Shown here piece after piece: positions 45,745 to 56,100 of a DNA stretch of 64,000 bases. Where the stretch lies: assembly GCA_012964335.1 (NCBI GenBank), contig DTUF01000033.1, positions 27,306 to 91,305 of the forward strand, in the 5' to 3' direction. The stretch is from Candidatus Poseidoniales archaeon (GTDB lineage: Archaea; Thermoplasmatota; Poseidoniia; Poseidoniales; Thalassarchaeaceae). The stretch's first letter is position 1. The number at the start of each line of letters is the position of its first letter. The notes below the pieces were generated by a model. That model searched no databases, was not told the origin of the DNA, and was given only the letters and a program-made list of their open reading frames with translations. Made by a program: the position numbers and the translations under genes.

Positions 45745-48726
45745 ATGGCCGAGGAAAGTACAGGACCTCGCCATGATGATGGTTGGATTGTGGTCAAAGG
45801 TGCAAGGACCCATAACCTACGTGATATTGATGTAAAAATTCCAAGAGGAAGATTTGTTGTAGTATCTGGAGTTTCAGGTTCTGGTAAATCCAGTCTTGCT
45901 TTTGATACACTTTACGCAGAGGGTCAGCGAAGATATGTAGAATCACTTTCATCTTATGCTAGACAATTTCTAGGCCAAATGAAAAAGCCTGATTGTGATA
46001 GTATTGAAGGGCTTTCCCCAGCAATTTCCATCGATCAAAAGCAAGGTTCTCACAATCCTCGTTCAACCGTTGCAACCACAACTGAAATTCAAGATTATTT
46101 ACGTCTTCTCTATGCTAGAGTTGGTAAACCTCATTGCCCAGAATGTGGTAAAGAAGTCGCTCGTCGAACTGTTCAGGAGATTGTTGATGATATTGAATGG
46201 CGTATGGAACGCCATGCGGTTGCTGTGTGGTGTCCAACCATCCGTAATCGTAAAGGGACTCATTCAGATTTGTTCAAACAATTAGTGGAACAAGGATTCG
46301 TGTTTGGTAAGGTGAATGGAAGGGAAGTAGAGTTTGAAGACCCACCAACCTTGGAAAAAAACCTGCGCCACGATATAGATATTAGAATAGATAGATTAAG
46401 AATATCACGCGAAAATCGTCAACGCTTGACAGAAGCAGTCGAATCTGGTTTGAGACTTGGTGGAGGAACAGTCGCTATTGAGAGTATTTCTGGTTGTGAT
46501 ACACCCCAAAAATTACCAACAGGCTCAATATCATCCACTACTGAAAAGGGGGCTGTAATCCCCTATAGCGAAGAATTCGCTTGTCCAACTCATGGTTCAT
46601 TCATGCCAGAAATGTCACCACGGATATTTTCTTTCAACAACCCCTTAGGAGCTTGTACATCTTGCCAAGGATTGGGTGTTGATAGAGCTTTTTCGTATGA
46701 ATTATTGATGAATGAAGAACGTTCTCTAGATGGTGGTTGTGTGAAGCCATTTCAATCATCAATGATGGCTGGTTGGTACCGTAATCAAATGTGTCAGGTA
46801 GCTGAAAAATATGGTTTTGAATCAGATATACCTTTTTCTCAATTAGATGATGATGCAAAAGATATCATCTTAAATGGCTCTGGTTCAACAGAAATCAAAT
46901 TCAAATTTGAAAGCGAAAAGGGTTCCGTTTACCAAATGGTGAAACCATGGGAAGGGGTGTATAAACGATTAATGCGAACTTATCGCGATACAGATAGTGA
47001 ACGTAATCGTAACCGCTTACAATCATACATGATTGACCAGCCATGTGCTGAATGTGATGGCCAAAAATTGAATCCAGCAGTAAGGGCTGTTACTGTTGGT
47101 GGCTTATCTTTACCAGACCTTTCTCAATCAACAGTACTAGAATCCTTAGCGATATTACAGCGCTGGCGACTTGGTAATTCAGAACAAGAAATATGGTCAA
47201 AGTTGGCTCGAGAACCATCAACAAGTGGTTCAGTTAGTAAATCTGGGAAATTAGGGGAGAGAGACCTTTTCATTGCTCGTGAATTGCTCAAAGAAATCGA
47301 ATCAAGAATAAAATTCCTAGCTTTAGTGGGTCTTGACTATCTGACGTTAGACCGTCGTTCAAACACTCTTTCAGGTGGTGAGAGTCAAAGAATTAGGCTA
47401 GCATCTCAAATTGGCACACGTTTGACGGGAGTAACTTACGTACTTGATGAGCCAAGTATTGGCCTGCACGCGCGTGATAATCAACGCCTTCTCTCAACCC
47501 TTCGAGAATTGTGTGAAATAGGAAACACATTACTGGTAATTGAACACGATGAAGAAACCCTTCGCCAAGCAGATTGGTTAGTGGATCTTGGGCCAGGTGC
47601 TGGCCGTGAAGGGGGTCGCCTTCTCGTTAGTGGACCATTAGAGGATTTACTTGAACATGAAGAAAGTGTGACAGGAGCATATCTAGCGGGTAGGCGTAAG
47701 ATTGCTGTACCATCCTCAAGAGTGAAACCCAACGGAGAGTGGTTGAAAGTTGTTGGTGCCGAGGCGAATAATTTGCGCCGAATAAATGTCAAATTTCCAC
47801 TTGGATGTATGGTTGCAGTTACAGGCGTGTCAGGTTCAGGAAAGTCAACTTTAGTTTCTGATATTCTTGCACCTGTTCTGTTGCACGAATTGAATGGCAG
47901 TGAAAGCACACCAGGTAAACATGGAAGTGTGTCTGGGTTTGATGATATTGACAAGGTAATCGTCATCAATCAATCACCAATTGGCCGCACACCGCGGTCC
48001 AATACAGTAACTTATACGAAGGGTTTTGATGAAATCAGAAAGTTGTTTGCTACTACACCATTAGCGAAACAACGAGGCTACAAACCAGGTCAATTTTCCT
48101 TCAATGTAAGGGGTGGAAGGTGTGAATCTTGTGCGGGTGCGGGTTCGGTTAAAATGGAAATGCATTTCCTTGCTGATGTTTGGGTAACTTGTGAAGTGTG
48201 TGAAGGTTCACGATACACACGAGAAACCTTGGAAGTAACTTGGAAACAGAAGACCATCTCAGACGTACTGGATATGACGGTCCACGAGGCATGCGAATTC
48301 TTCGCGAGTCACAAAAAACTTCATCGTATTCTCAAAACACTACAAGATGTGGGTTTGGGTTACATTCGTCTTGGCCAACCAGCCACAACACTGTCTGGCG
48401 GGGAAGCTCAAAGAGTAAAATTAGCAACCCAATTGCATCGTCCCACAACCCGCCACACAGTCTACATTCTTGATGAGCCTACAACCGGTCTCGCTCTCTC
48501 AGATATTGAACAATTAATCGAAGTTTTGTTGAGAATTCGTTCAAATGGGCACACAGTCATTGTAATTGAACATCATCTTGATGTCATTAAAAGTGCGGAT
48601 TGGGTGATTGATTTAGGCCCAGATGGTGGTGATGGTGGTGGTGATGTTGTCGCAATTGGGACGCCCGAAGAAATCATCACAAACCCCAATTCTTTCACAG
48701 GTCAGTACTTGAAAAAAGCACTTTAG
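45745..48726 (+). CDS. uvrA: Excinuclease ABC subunit A.
   Basis: Two ABC modules (GVSGSGKSSLAF, GVSGSGKSTLV; LSGGESQRIRLA, LSGGEAQRVKLA) and zinc-finger Cys clusters. GGAGGTG SD upstream. Confidence 0.95.
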   Translation: MAEESTGPRHDDGWIVVKGARTHNLRDIDVKIPRGRFVVVSGVSGSGKSSLAFDTLYAEGQRRYVESLSSYARQFLGQMKKPDCDSIEGLSPAISIDQKQGSHNPRSTVATTTEIQDYLRLLYARVGKPHCPECGKEVARRTVQEIVDDIEWRMERHAVAVWCPTIRNRKGTHSDLFKQLVEQGFVFGKVNGREVEFEDPPTLEKNLRHDIDIRIDRLRISRENRQRLTEAVESGLRLGGGTVAIESISGCDTPQKLPTGSISSTTEKGAVIPYSEEFACPTHGSFMPEMSPRIFSFNNPLGACTSCQGLGVDRAFSYELLMNEERSLDGGCVKPFQSSMMAGWYRNQMCQVAEKYGFESDIPFSQLDDDAKDIILNGSGSTEIKFKFESEKGSVYQMVKPWEGVYKRLMRTYRDTDSERNRNRLQSYMIDQPCAECDGQKLNPAVRAVTVGGLSLPDLSQSTVLESLAILQRWRLGNSEQEIWSKLAREPSTSGSVSKSGKLGERDLFIARELLKEIESRIKFLALVGLDYLTLDRRSNTLSGGESQRIRLASQIGTRLTGVTYVLDEPSIGLHARDNQRLLSTLRELCEIGNTLLVIEHDEETLRQADWLVDLGPGAGREGGRLLVSGPLEDLLEHEESVTGAYLAGRRKIAVPSSRVKPNGEWLKVVGAEANNLRRINVKFPLGCMVAVTGVSGSGKSTLVSDILAPVLLHELNGSESTPGKHGSVSGFDDIDKVIVINQSPIGRTPRSNTVTYTKGFDEIRKLFATTPLAKQRGYKPGQFSFNVRGGRCESCAGAGSVKMEMHFLADVWVTCEVCEGSRYTRETLEVTWKQKTISDVLDMTVHEACEFFASHKKLHRILKTLQDVGLGYIRLGQPATTLSGGEAQRVKLATQLHRPTTRHTVYILDEPTTGLALSDIEQLIEVLLRIRSNGHTVIVIEHHLDVIKSADWVIDLGPDGGDGGGDVVAIGTPEEIITNPNSFTGQYLKKAL

Positions 48727-48807
48727 AACATATCAGCCCTGTAGGGCTGACAGCCGCTTCATTGATGGACGGTCGGCAAGACGGCACAATCAGAAGAGGT
48801 GGTCGAG

Positions 48808-51800
48808 ATGACAGCATCACAACCCCAAAGAGTTGAAGTGACCCCCAAATCTCTAACTGGATTGAAGGATACTAGAGGAGAATCTATCCGCCGACAATTA
48901 TCTTCTGACCATGGTTTAGAAATTTCAGAAGTACGTTCAATTACGGGTTATCTTGTGAAGGGAAATTTCAACGAAACACACCATGAGAAAATGATTTCAG
49001 ATTTGTTTTGCGACCCAATCATTGAGCATGGTGTAGTCAATCAGCATATCTTAAATGACTCTAATATTTTCTCGCAAAAACCAGACGCTGCAATACAAAT
49101 CGGATTCAAACCAGGAGTTACAGATAATGCTGCTCAAGCAGGCCTTGACGGTTTGAAGACCCTTTTCCCCTCACAATCAATAGATGCAGAAGTATCCACT
49201 ACCATGACTTACACATTTTATGGGCTACCCGATAATGTCGACTGTCAATGGCTTGCAAATCAACTACACAACCCAATGATTGAGAGAGCTATAATATCTG
49301 ATAAATCATCATGCGCAAATAATCAGTGGCCATCACTTGATTTTCCTGAACCACCAGTGAATATTTTTGGTAAACCAGCAACCATTGATTTAGAGGTTGA
49401 AGATGATACTTTGATTGAAATTAGTGAAAAAGGCCTACTCGCTCTTAATTTGGAAGAAATGCAAACAATTCAAGCACACTTCCGAAATCCAACAGTGAGG
49501 GCAACAAGGGAGAAAGTTGGATTACCTCCGATGGCCCCAACAGATGTAGAATTAGAGTGCCTTGCTCAGACTTGGTCAGAACATTGTAAGCACAAAATAT
49601 TCTCAGCAAAAATTCATCATGTAGACACTGAAACAGGAGAAGACTCCTACATTGATTCCTTATTCAAAACACACATTATGAAGCCGACTTTTGACATTGC
49701 CAAGAAAGTTGATTGGCTTCTAAGTCTGTTCCATGATAATTCAGGAGTAATAGAGTGGAATCCTGATTGGAGTCTTTGTATTAAAGCTGAAACTCATAAT
49801 TCTCCAAGTGCATTAGATCCATTTGGTGGAGCGATGACGGGTATTGTTGGTGTTAATCGAGATATTTTGGGAACAGGATTAGGGGCCCGCCCAATCGCAA
49901 ACACAGATGTCTTCTGTTTTGGGCCACCAAATTATGAAGGAGAAATACCAGAGGGATTATTTCACCCAAATAGAGTATTTCGCGGAGTTCATGCAGGCGT
50001 ACGTTCGGGTGGTAATGAATCAGGTATTCCAACAGTCAATGGTGCGATGGTGTTTGAGGAAAGATATCTCGGTAAACCACTCGTCTATTGCGGTACCGTT
50101 GGGATAATGCCACGTCGTTTAGCAGATGGCAGGGAAAGCCACGATAAAACCCCCAGCCCGGGTGATGTCATCTACATGGTTGGTGGGCGTGTTGGTAGTG
50201 ATGGAATACACGGTGCAACGTTTTCTAGCCTAGAATTAACCGAAGAATCCCCATCTTCTGCAGTTCAAATTGGCGACCCAATTACTCAGAAAAAGATGGT
50301 TGATATGCTCCTCAAAGCCAGAGACGATGGCCTTCTTCAAGTCACGACAGATAATGGCGCAGGTGGGCTTTCGAGTAGTATTGGTGAAATGGCAGAGTTA
50401 ACTGGTGGGGCTAAAGTAGACCTTTCACAAGTCCCTCTCAAACAAGTTGGTCTTTCTTCTTGGGAAATATTAGTTTCAGAATCTCAGGAGAGAATGACTG
50501 TTGGCGTTAGACCCGAAGAGTGTCAAGAGTTTGAGAAGTTAGCTAGTTTACACGAAGTTGAAGCAACTGCTGTGGGTACTTTCACCGATTCGGGGGATTT
50601 TCATATTTTACACGGTGAACATACAGTTGCGTTACTACCAATTGAATTCCTGCACGATGGGGTACCCCAATTACAACTTGAGAGCGAATGGATACCTCCC
50701 ACCAATGAAGAGCCATCATATCCAGATGTGAATGCAACAGAAATGGGGGGTGTTCTATCCCGTCTTCTTGCCCGTCCAAACATCGCATCAAAAGAGTGGT
50801 GGGTTCGCTCATACGACCACGAGGTGATTGCTCAGACGGTAATCAAACCATTTTGTGGTGTGAATCACGATGCACCGGGTGACGCAGCCGTTATTGCCCC
50901 AATACATGGTGAAACACAAGGTGCCGTGATATCTTGTGGAATTATACCTAGATATTCAGATATTGATACTTATGCAATGGTTGCTGGTTGTATTGACGAA
51001 GCAGTTCGTAATGCGGTTTGTGTTGGCGTTGATCTCGATAGGATGGCGGGATTGGATAATTTCTGTTGGCCCGATTCTGTTGAATCTGAAAAGACTCCCG
51101 ATGGCCGATACAAACTCGCCCAATTAGTGCGCGCTAACAGGGCTTTAGATGATGTTTGTAGGGCTTATCAATTACCTTGTATTAGTGGAAAAGATTCTAT
51201 GAAAAATGATGTGATAATGAATGGAGAAAAAATAAGCGTTCCTCCAACATTATTGTTCACATTGTTGGGTAATCATGAGGATGTTCGTAAAGCAGTTTCA
51301 AGTGATTTCAAGAATAGCGGCGATATCATTTACTTACTGGGGCAATCCCACCAAGAATTGGGTGCAAGCGAATTAGTCACGATGTTTAGAGACGAGTGTG
51401 GTGGTGGAATTGGTGGTAAAGTGCCAGCAATAGATACCACAAGGAATCTTGCACTTTATCGTGACCTTACAGCAGCAATGCGCCAAGAGTTAGTTGTCAG
51501 CGCTCACGATTGTAGCGACGGTGGTTTTGCTGTTGCTTTAGCAGAAGCTTGTTTTGGGGCTGACACTGGTTGTAGTGTTGACATATCAGAAATATTCAGT
51601 GATAACAACGGCCTTGACAAGTGGGGGATGTTATTTGGTGAGAGCCTTGGCCGTATTTTAGTGAGTGTAAAGGCTGAACAGAGTGCCGAATTTGAAGCAG
51701 CAATGGTAAGCAACGCTTGTTTCCGATTAGGTGAAGTTGGTGTCGGAGATGAAATCAGCATTTCACTATCTGGTGAAACCATTCTCGAAGCCAGCATGTC

Positions 51801-51849
51801 TGCTCTCAAACAATCTTGGCAAGCAACCCTAGACGGAGGTGGTGCTTGA
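48808..51849 (+). CDS. purL: Phosphoribosylformylglycinamidine synthase II with two N-terminal PurS-like domains fused (PurS-PurS-PurL).
   Basis: PurL core motifs KAETHNSPSALDPFGGA and GGRVGSDGIHGATFSS. About 250 extra N-terminal residues carry two PurS-like units (VEVTPKSLTGLKDTRGESI..., IGFKPGVTDNAAQAG...). GAGGTGG SD lies before ATG 48808. Confidence 0.88.
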   Translation: MTASQPQRVEVTPKSLTGLKDTRGESIRRQLSSDHGLEISEVRSITGYLVKGNFNETHHEKMISDLFCDPIIEHGVVNQHILNDSNIFSQKPDAAIQIGFKPGVTDNAAQAGLDGLKTLFPSQSIDAEVSTTMTYTFYGLPDNVDCQWLANQLHNPMIERAIISDKSSCANNQWPSLDFPEPPVNIFGKPATIDLEVEDDTLIEISEKGLLALNLEEMQTIQAHFRNPTVRATREKVGLPPMAPTDVELECLAQTWSEHCKHKIFSAKIHHVDTETGEDSYIDSLFKTHIMKPTFDIAKKVDWLLSLFHDNSGVIEWNPDWSLCIKAETHNSPSALDPFGGAMTGIVGVNRDILGTGLGARPIANTDVFCFGPPNYEGEIPEGLFHPNRVFRGVHAGVRSGGNESGIPTVNGAMVFEERYLGKPLVYCGTVGIMPRRLADGRESHDKTPSPGDVIYMVGGRVGSDGIHGATFSSLELTEESPSSAVQIGDPITQKKMVDMLLKARDDGLLQVTTDNGAGGLSSSIGEMAELTGGAKVDLSQVPLKQVGLSSWEILVSESQERMTVGVRPEECQEFEKLASLHEVEATAVGTFTDSGDFHILHGEHTVALLPIEFLHDGVPQLQLESEWIPPTNEEPSYPDVNATEMGGVLSRLLARPNIASKEWWVRSYDHEVIAQTVIKPFCGVNHDAPGDAAVIAPIHGETQGAVISCGIIPRYSDIDTYAMVAGCIDEAVRNAVCVGVDLDRMAGLDNFCWPDSVESEKTPDGRYKLAQLVRANRALDDVCRAYQLPCISGKDSMKNDVIMNGEKISVPPTLLFTLLGNHEDVRKAVSSDFKNSGDIIYLLGQSHQELGASELVTMFRDECGGGIGGKVPAIDTTRNLALYRDLTAAMRQELVVSAHDCSDGGFAVALAEACFGADTGCSVDISEIFSDNNGLDKWGMLFGESLGRILVSVKAEQSAEFEAAMVSNACFRLGEVGVGDEISISLSGETILEASMSALKQSWQATLDGGGA

Positions 51850-52668
51850 ATGGTTGAAATCCCTCAAGTAGCAGTCCTAACAGGATTCGGAATTAATTGT
51901 GATTTAGAAACTATGGCGGTGTTTGAGATGGCGGGGGCAAAAGCCCACCGTATTCATATCAATAGTTTAGTTAACGGCGACGATTCATTAGAAAATTATC
52001 ATATTATGGCGATTCCCGGCGGTTTTTCCTTTGGCGACCACCTTGGTAGTGGGCGTTTACTTGGAAACAGACTTCGATTTGGAATAAGAGAACAAGTTCG
52101 ACAATTCGTCAAAGATGGCAAACCAGTTATTGGGATTTGTAATGGTTTCCAAGTGTTAGTAAAAATGGGATTATTACCTGGTGATGATGACGTTTCACTA
52201 CAACAAACCGCGTCCCTTACACTGAATGATTCAGGCCATTATGAAGATAGATGGGTGAGTTTGGAATTTAATTCAAACAGCCCTTGTATCTGGACAAAGG
52301 GTTTGTCTCGTATGCGTACACCTGTAAGGCACGGTGAAGGAAAATTTGTGGTTCCAGACCAGTCTGTACTCGACCAATTCGAACAACAACAACAGATTGT
52401 AGCACGGTATATTGATCCCAGTGACAAGTATCCTAGCGCATCAAATGAACTCTTATCTTATCCATTATGTCCAAATGCTAGCATGCGCAATATTGCTGGT
52501 GTGTGCGACCCTTCAGGATTAGTATTCGGACTAATGCCACATCCAGAAGCTAACCATTCAAAGTGGCTTGGTGCTACATGGACGCGCGAAGAGATTGGTG
52601 ATGATTGGAAAGGCGAAGGTATGGCGGTGTTTGAGAATGGCGTTAGATATGCGAAAGAGAACCTTTGA
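51850..52668 (+). CDS. purQ: Phosphoribosylformylglycinamidine synthase I (glutaminase subunit).
   Basis: GICNGFQVLVKMGLLPG, HGEGKF and MPHPE. The ATG directly abuts the purL stop. Confidence 0.88.
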   Translation: MVEIPQVAVLTGFGINCDLETMAVFEMAGAKAHRIHINSLVNGDDSLENYHIMAIPGGFSFGDHLGSGRLLGNRLRFGIREQVRQFVKDGKPVIGICNGFQVLVKMGLLPGDDDVSLQQTASLTLNDSGHYEDRWVSLEFNSNSPCIWTKGLSRMRTPVRHGEGKFVVPDQSVLDQFEQQQQIVARYIDPSDKYPSASNELLSYPLCPNASMRNIAGVCDPSGLVFGLMPHPEANHSKWLGATWTREEIGDDWKGEGMAVFENGVRYAKENL

Positions 52669-52672
52669 TAAT

Positions 52673-53368
52673 TTAATCAAAAAGATCCTCAACATCGTCA
52701 ACAATATCTTTCCATTGCTTCTTTTCAGCACGTTTTTCCCCTACTTTCAAGTCAACCATCAAATCTTTCAAATCATCAGGTGTATCTTGATTTGAAGCAC
52801 TTGCTTGCACTCTAGCAGTTAACTCATGATCTTCACCAGGGCGCTCGGAACGGTCAACTCGGGTTATTTCTTTACTAGGAACCGTCCTGATGCCCGACTT
52901 ATCAACAATATCTGTTGGTAATTCTTGTGATAAATCATGTAGTTCTTTTTCAGTTGGTTCGACATCTTTCCATTTAGATTGGTTAGCCATTTCTCTTAAT
53001 GTGTTCATCCTTTTCTTCTGCCGAGCAGCTTCAAAAGCAGCCGCAACATCTTCTTGAGTTGTGGCCCGAGGTTTTTTGGATTGGCCATGTAATAATTGTG
53101 CATACGCAGTCATCCACTCGCCGTGAGTATCATCATGTTCGTAGGCGCTAGGTCTAGCAAGCATCTGAAACAATTCTTTGGACCATTGGCTTACTAGTGA
53201 TTGTGCTGGTAATTCAGAAACCCTCTCTCTTACACCCTTGTGTGTGGCTATACACTGTCGACAACGATTCGAACCCGCTTCATCAGGTGCGTCGCAGAGC
53301 ACGCAACAAGTGGCTAACCCCATCTCGAGCATTGCCCTTCTAACACCTGACATCAAATTCCAGCACAC
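52673..53368 (-). CDS. Hypothetical protein with an N-terminal CxxC...CxxC zinc ribbon and a charged C-terminal region.
   Basis: CCVLCDAPDEAGSNRCRQC, then a low-complexity K/E/D-rich sequence. Confidence 0.5.
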   Translation of the reverse strand: MCWNLMSGVRRAMLEMGLATCCVLCDAPDEAGSNRCRQCIATHKGVRERVSELPAQSLVSQWSKELFQMLARPSAYEHDDTHGEWMTAYAQLLHGQSKKPRATTQEDVAAAFEAARQKKRMNTLREMANQSKWKDVEPTEKELHDLSQELPTDIVDKSGIRTVPSKEITRVDRSERPGEDHELTARVQASASNQDTPDDLKDLMVDLKVGEKRAEKKQWKDIVDDVEDLFD

Positions 53369-53432
53369 ACTGCCCCCCCTTCAACTCTCCCGGCTTGCGA
53401 ACCCTCAAAGAGGCTGAACAATTCGCCACACT

Positions 53433-54299
53433 ATGGCTAGGGACCCAAGGGCGTCTCGTCTGGATGATGACCCCTTTGCAAAGATAGATGATAATCAGCC
53501 TGCAAGCAAGGGCACATCCCAGCATATTCGGGTTGTAATTCAGCCTGGGCAACCAAATCCATTTGAGCCATTTCTCAAAGGTTTCTTTGATGTTGGTGGT
53601 CCTAGAGTTGTTAAGCACGAAGGCTCACTTTTTCACTTTTCACAACGTGAATTGAAGGATTTAGCAATGGCAACATTTGCCTTTAGTTTTGCAATTTCTA
53701 TTGTATTACATGGGGGTATTTTCGGTATGCTGGAATTGCCGTTGGGAGTATTAGTAATCAGTTTAATTTCAAGTATGATGTTTGCACTTGCTGCCCTTGC
53801 GCCCGCCTTCATCCTTCATGAGTTGGCTCACAAATATGTGGCGCGTCATTTTGGTTGCTGGGCGGAGTTTAGAGCCGACCCCCGCGGTCTAAAGATTGGA
53901 ATTCTCATTGCCCTAGCTATTGGCTTTGTATTCATGGCTCCAGGCGCAGTAATGGTCGCTGGGAGGGTTGGTCGCAAAGAAAATGGAATAATTTCAGTAG
54001 CAGGACCAGCAACGAATATCACCTTATTTTTCATTGGAATGATTGGAGGTGGTTTACTTCTCTCAATGTTTTATCATAATATTTTAGTTGAACTAATAAT
54101 ATTCTGGATGTGGGGAAATGCAATTCTTGGGGCATTCAATATGCTTCCATTCGGGCCGCTTGATGGTGCGAAAGTGAAAATGTGGTCTGAACCCATTTTT
54201 TGGCTTTTCATGGCAATAACTGTAGCACTGGTAGCCTCTGTTTTCAATGGTTATGCATTTACACTTGTTGCTACTATTGCAGGCCTGCCTACCTTGTGA
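53433..54299 (+). CDS. Site-2 protease family (M50) intramembrane metalloprotease.
   Basis: HELAHKYVA (HExxH) in a TM segment and NAILGAFNMLPFGPLDG (the NxxPxxxLDG motif). Confidence 0.82.
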   Translation: MARDPRASRLDDDPFAKIDDNQPASKGTSQHIRVVIQPGQPNPFEPFLKGFFDVGGPRVVKHEGSLFHFSQRELKDLAMATFAFSFAISIVLHGGIFGMLELPLGVLVISLISSMMFALAALAPAFILHELAHKYVARHFGCWAEFRADPRGLKIGILIALAIGFVFMAPGAVMVAGRVGRKENGIISVAGPATNITLFFIGMIGGGLLLSMFYHNILVELIIFWMWGNAILGAFNMLPFGPLDGAKVKMWSEPIFWLFMAITVALVASVFNGYAFTLVATIAGLPTL

Positions 54300-54319
54300 A
54301 TGCAGTTAAAATATTTGCA

Positions 54320-56044
54320 TCAGAGCAAGGTATTTTCAATCGGTGCTTCATCAAGATGGAAGAATGAGTAAACAGCCCACCAAGTAATAAAATCAAGGCT
54401 GTTTACTAGGTTAGTTACACCCGTATTATCTTCACCGTAATCCTTACCAGAAGTATCCATCCAATCTTCCATTTCTTCTAATGTGTCACAGACTTGGTGG
54501 TAACACCAATACCCATCAACAAGACCACCAAAACCGATTGTCACAGTTCCTAGATTATCTTGGAACGCGGCATGATCTGAGCGTGCAGTAGTGTCTTCAT
54601 AGATGATAATCTCTGGTCGGTCAGCAGCTATCCAAGAATTGTATTTCCAAGTATTTTCTTCAAAACCAGCACCTTCCAATGTACCAATCTGTTGTTCAAC
54701 ACCCAATGCATCAGAACCAATCCATTCTTGTAATCCTACGAGTTCTTTTTGACTTAGATTTTCAAAAGATTCGGTTGGCCCGATATAGACTCGCATCGGC
54801 CAAACTTCCTCATCCTTTGGATATCCAGTTTCGTCAATAGATGGTTCAGGGTCACCATGTGGTGCACCACCACCACCTGGCCAATTTACTCCAGCCATAT
54901 CCAAATTGATGTAATTGGTAACGGTTACTTCAGGGTGGTCTTCTTTGACATAGAAATCAGTCCAATAATCGCTTCCTCGCTTTCCACCCTCTTCGCCTGA
55001 CCAGAGGCAGAAAACCATGGACCGTCTTGAATCAAAACCAGACATCATTTTTGCAGTTTCCAACACCATGCTTGTTCCCGCGGTGTTATCATAAGCACCT
55101 ACACGAGTCCCATAAGTTCTACTTCCCGTAATATGGGGGTCAAGGAATGGGAGAGCACTATTTGCTGGAGGGGCAATATCAAAATGAGCACCAAAAACCA
55201 ACCACTCGTTTGGCACTTCTTTACCCCAACGATAACCACACACATTTAGTGCCTCAGGATTTTGTTTACTGAAGAAATCAGTGAATTCAAAACGATGTTT
55301 AATGACTTCTAATCCAAAGGACTCTAATTCAGCAACCAAGTAGTTTGCAGCATCTTCGTAAGCTGGATTTCCCTGGCCCGCCCAGCGGTCCCAATAACCC
55401 ATTCTCCTATCAATATCTGTTGCATCAGGGGTTGGATCAGTTATCTCATGTAAGCGGTCGTAAACCATTCTACCATTCATTATTCCAGTAGCAAAATCAC
55501 CACCAGCATCAGGTCCAAATCCCGGTGCTGAAGGTCTGATCACTGAAAAGCTCTGAAATGAGACAGAGCCGCCATTTTCAGTTGACATATTGATGGTATT
55601 AAATGAACTATTTTCTCCAACAACGCGAGTGATTCCCCCATCAGAGGGAGAGTTTGCACCACCTTTCCCAATCCATGTATTCCATGAGATGTTTGATTCT
55701 CTTGTAGGCCAATCAGTACGTCCTAGTTCACCTATCATAAATAATGCAATTTCAGCCCGCGGCGGAGCAAGAATTGAAACTTCAACTGAATTTCCTTTTT
55801 TGATATCAATTATTGTAGAGTTTTGCACATACCCACTATCTGGGTTCATGATCAAATAAGGGATATAGACAGACAAGTCATTACTGGCAGAGAATTTTAC
55901 ATTTTGAAATATCCCACCAACCAATGTTTGGACGCCAACATCCAAGTCATCAGCACTGGGTAAGTTTGCATCATCTGAGCCCAAGCAACCAGCAAACATA
56001 GAGGTCGCAAAGAGCAGGGTGAGTAGCACCGCCTTGACGCGCAT
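54320..56044 (-). CDS. Secreted or lipid-anchored M28-family aminopeptidase.
   Basis: ATG 56044 gives MRVKAVLLTLLFATSMFAGC (signal plus lipobox-like Cys). Metal-ligand blocks GAHFD, GAYDNTAGTSMVLE, SGEEGGKRGS and SDHAAF. Confidence 0.78.
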   Translation of the reverse strand: MRVKAVLLTLLFATSMFAGCLGSDDANLPSADDLDVGVQTLVGGIFQNVKFSASNDLSVYIPYLIMNPDSGYVQNSTIIDIKKGNSVEVSILAPPRAEIALFMIGELGRTDWPTRESNISWNTWIGKGGANSPSDGGITRVVGENSSFNTINMSTENGGSVSFQSFSVIRPSAPGFGPDAGGDFATGIMNGRMVYDRLHEITDPTPDATDIDRRMGYWDRWAGQGNPAYEDAANYLVAELESFGLEVIKHRFEFTDFFSKQNPEALNVCGYRWGKEVPNEWLVFGAHFDIAPPANSALPFLDPHITGSRTYGTRVGAYDNTAGTSMVLETAKMMSGFDSRRSMVFCLWSGEEGGKRGSDYWTDFYVKEDHPEVTVTNYINLDMAGVNWPGGGGAPHGDPEPSIDETGYPKDEEVWPMRVYIGPTESFENLSQKELVGLQEWIGSDALGVEQQIGTLEGAGFEENTWKYNSWIAADRPEIIIYEDTTARSDHAAFQDNLGTVTIGFGGLVDGYWCYHQVCDTLEEMEDWMDTSGKDYGEDNTGVTNLVNSLDFITWWAVYSFFHLDEAPIENTLL

Positions 56045-56100
56045 TAACAATGCGAACAACAATTCCCTGTTGAACCCAACGATTGACAGAGCGCGCGTTT

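Noticed and set aside
48733-48750. Hairpin TCAGCCC-TGTA-GGGCTGA just after the uvrA stop.
   Set aside because: It is a plausible transcript-end structure, but no T-run follows it, and archaeal termination usually relies on oligo-T. I did not annotate it as a terminator.
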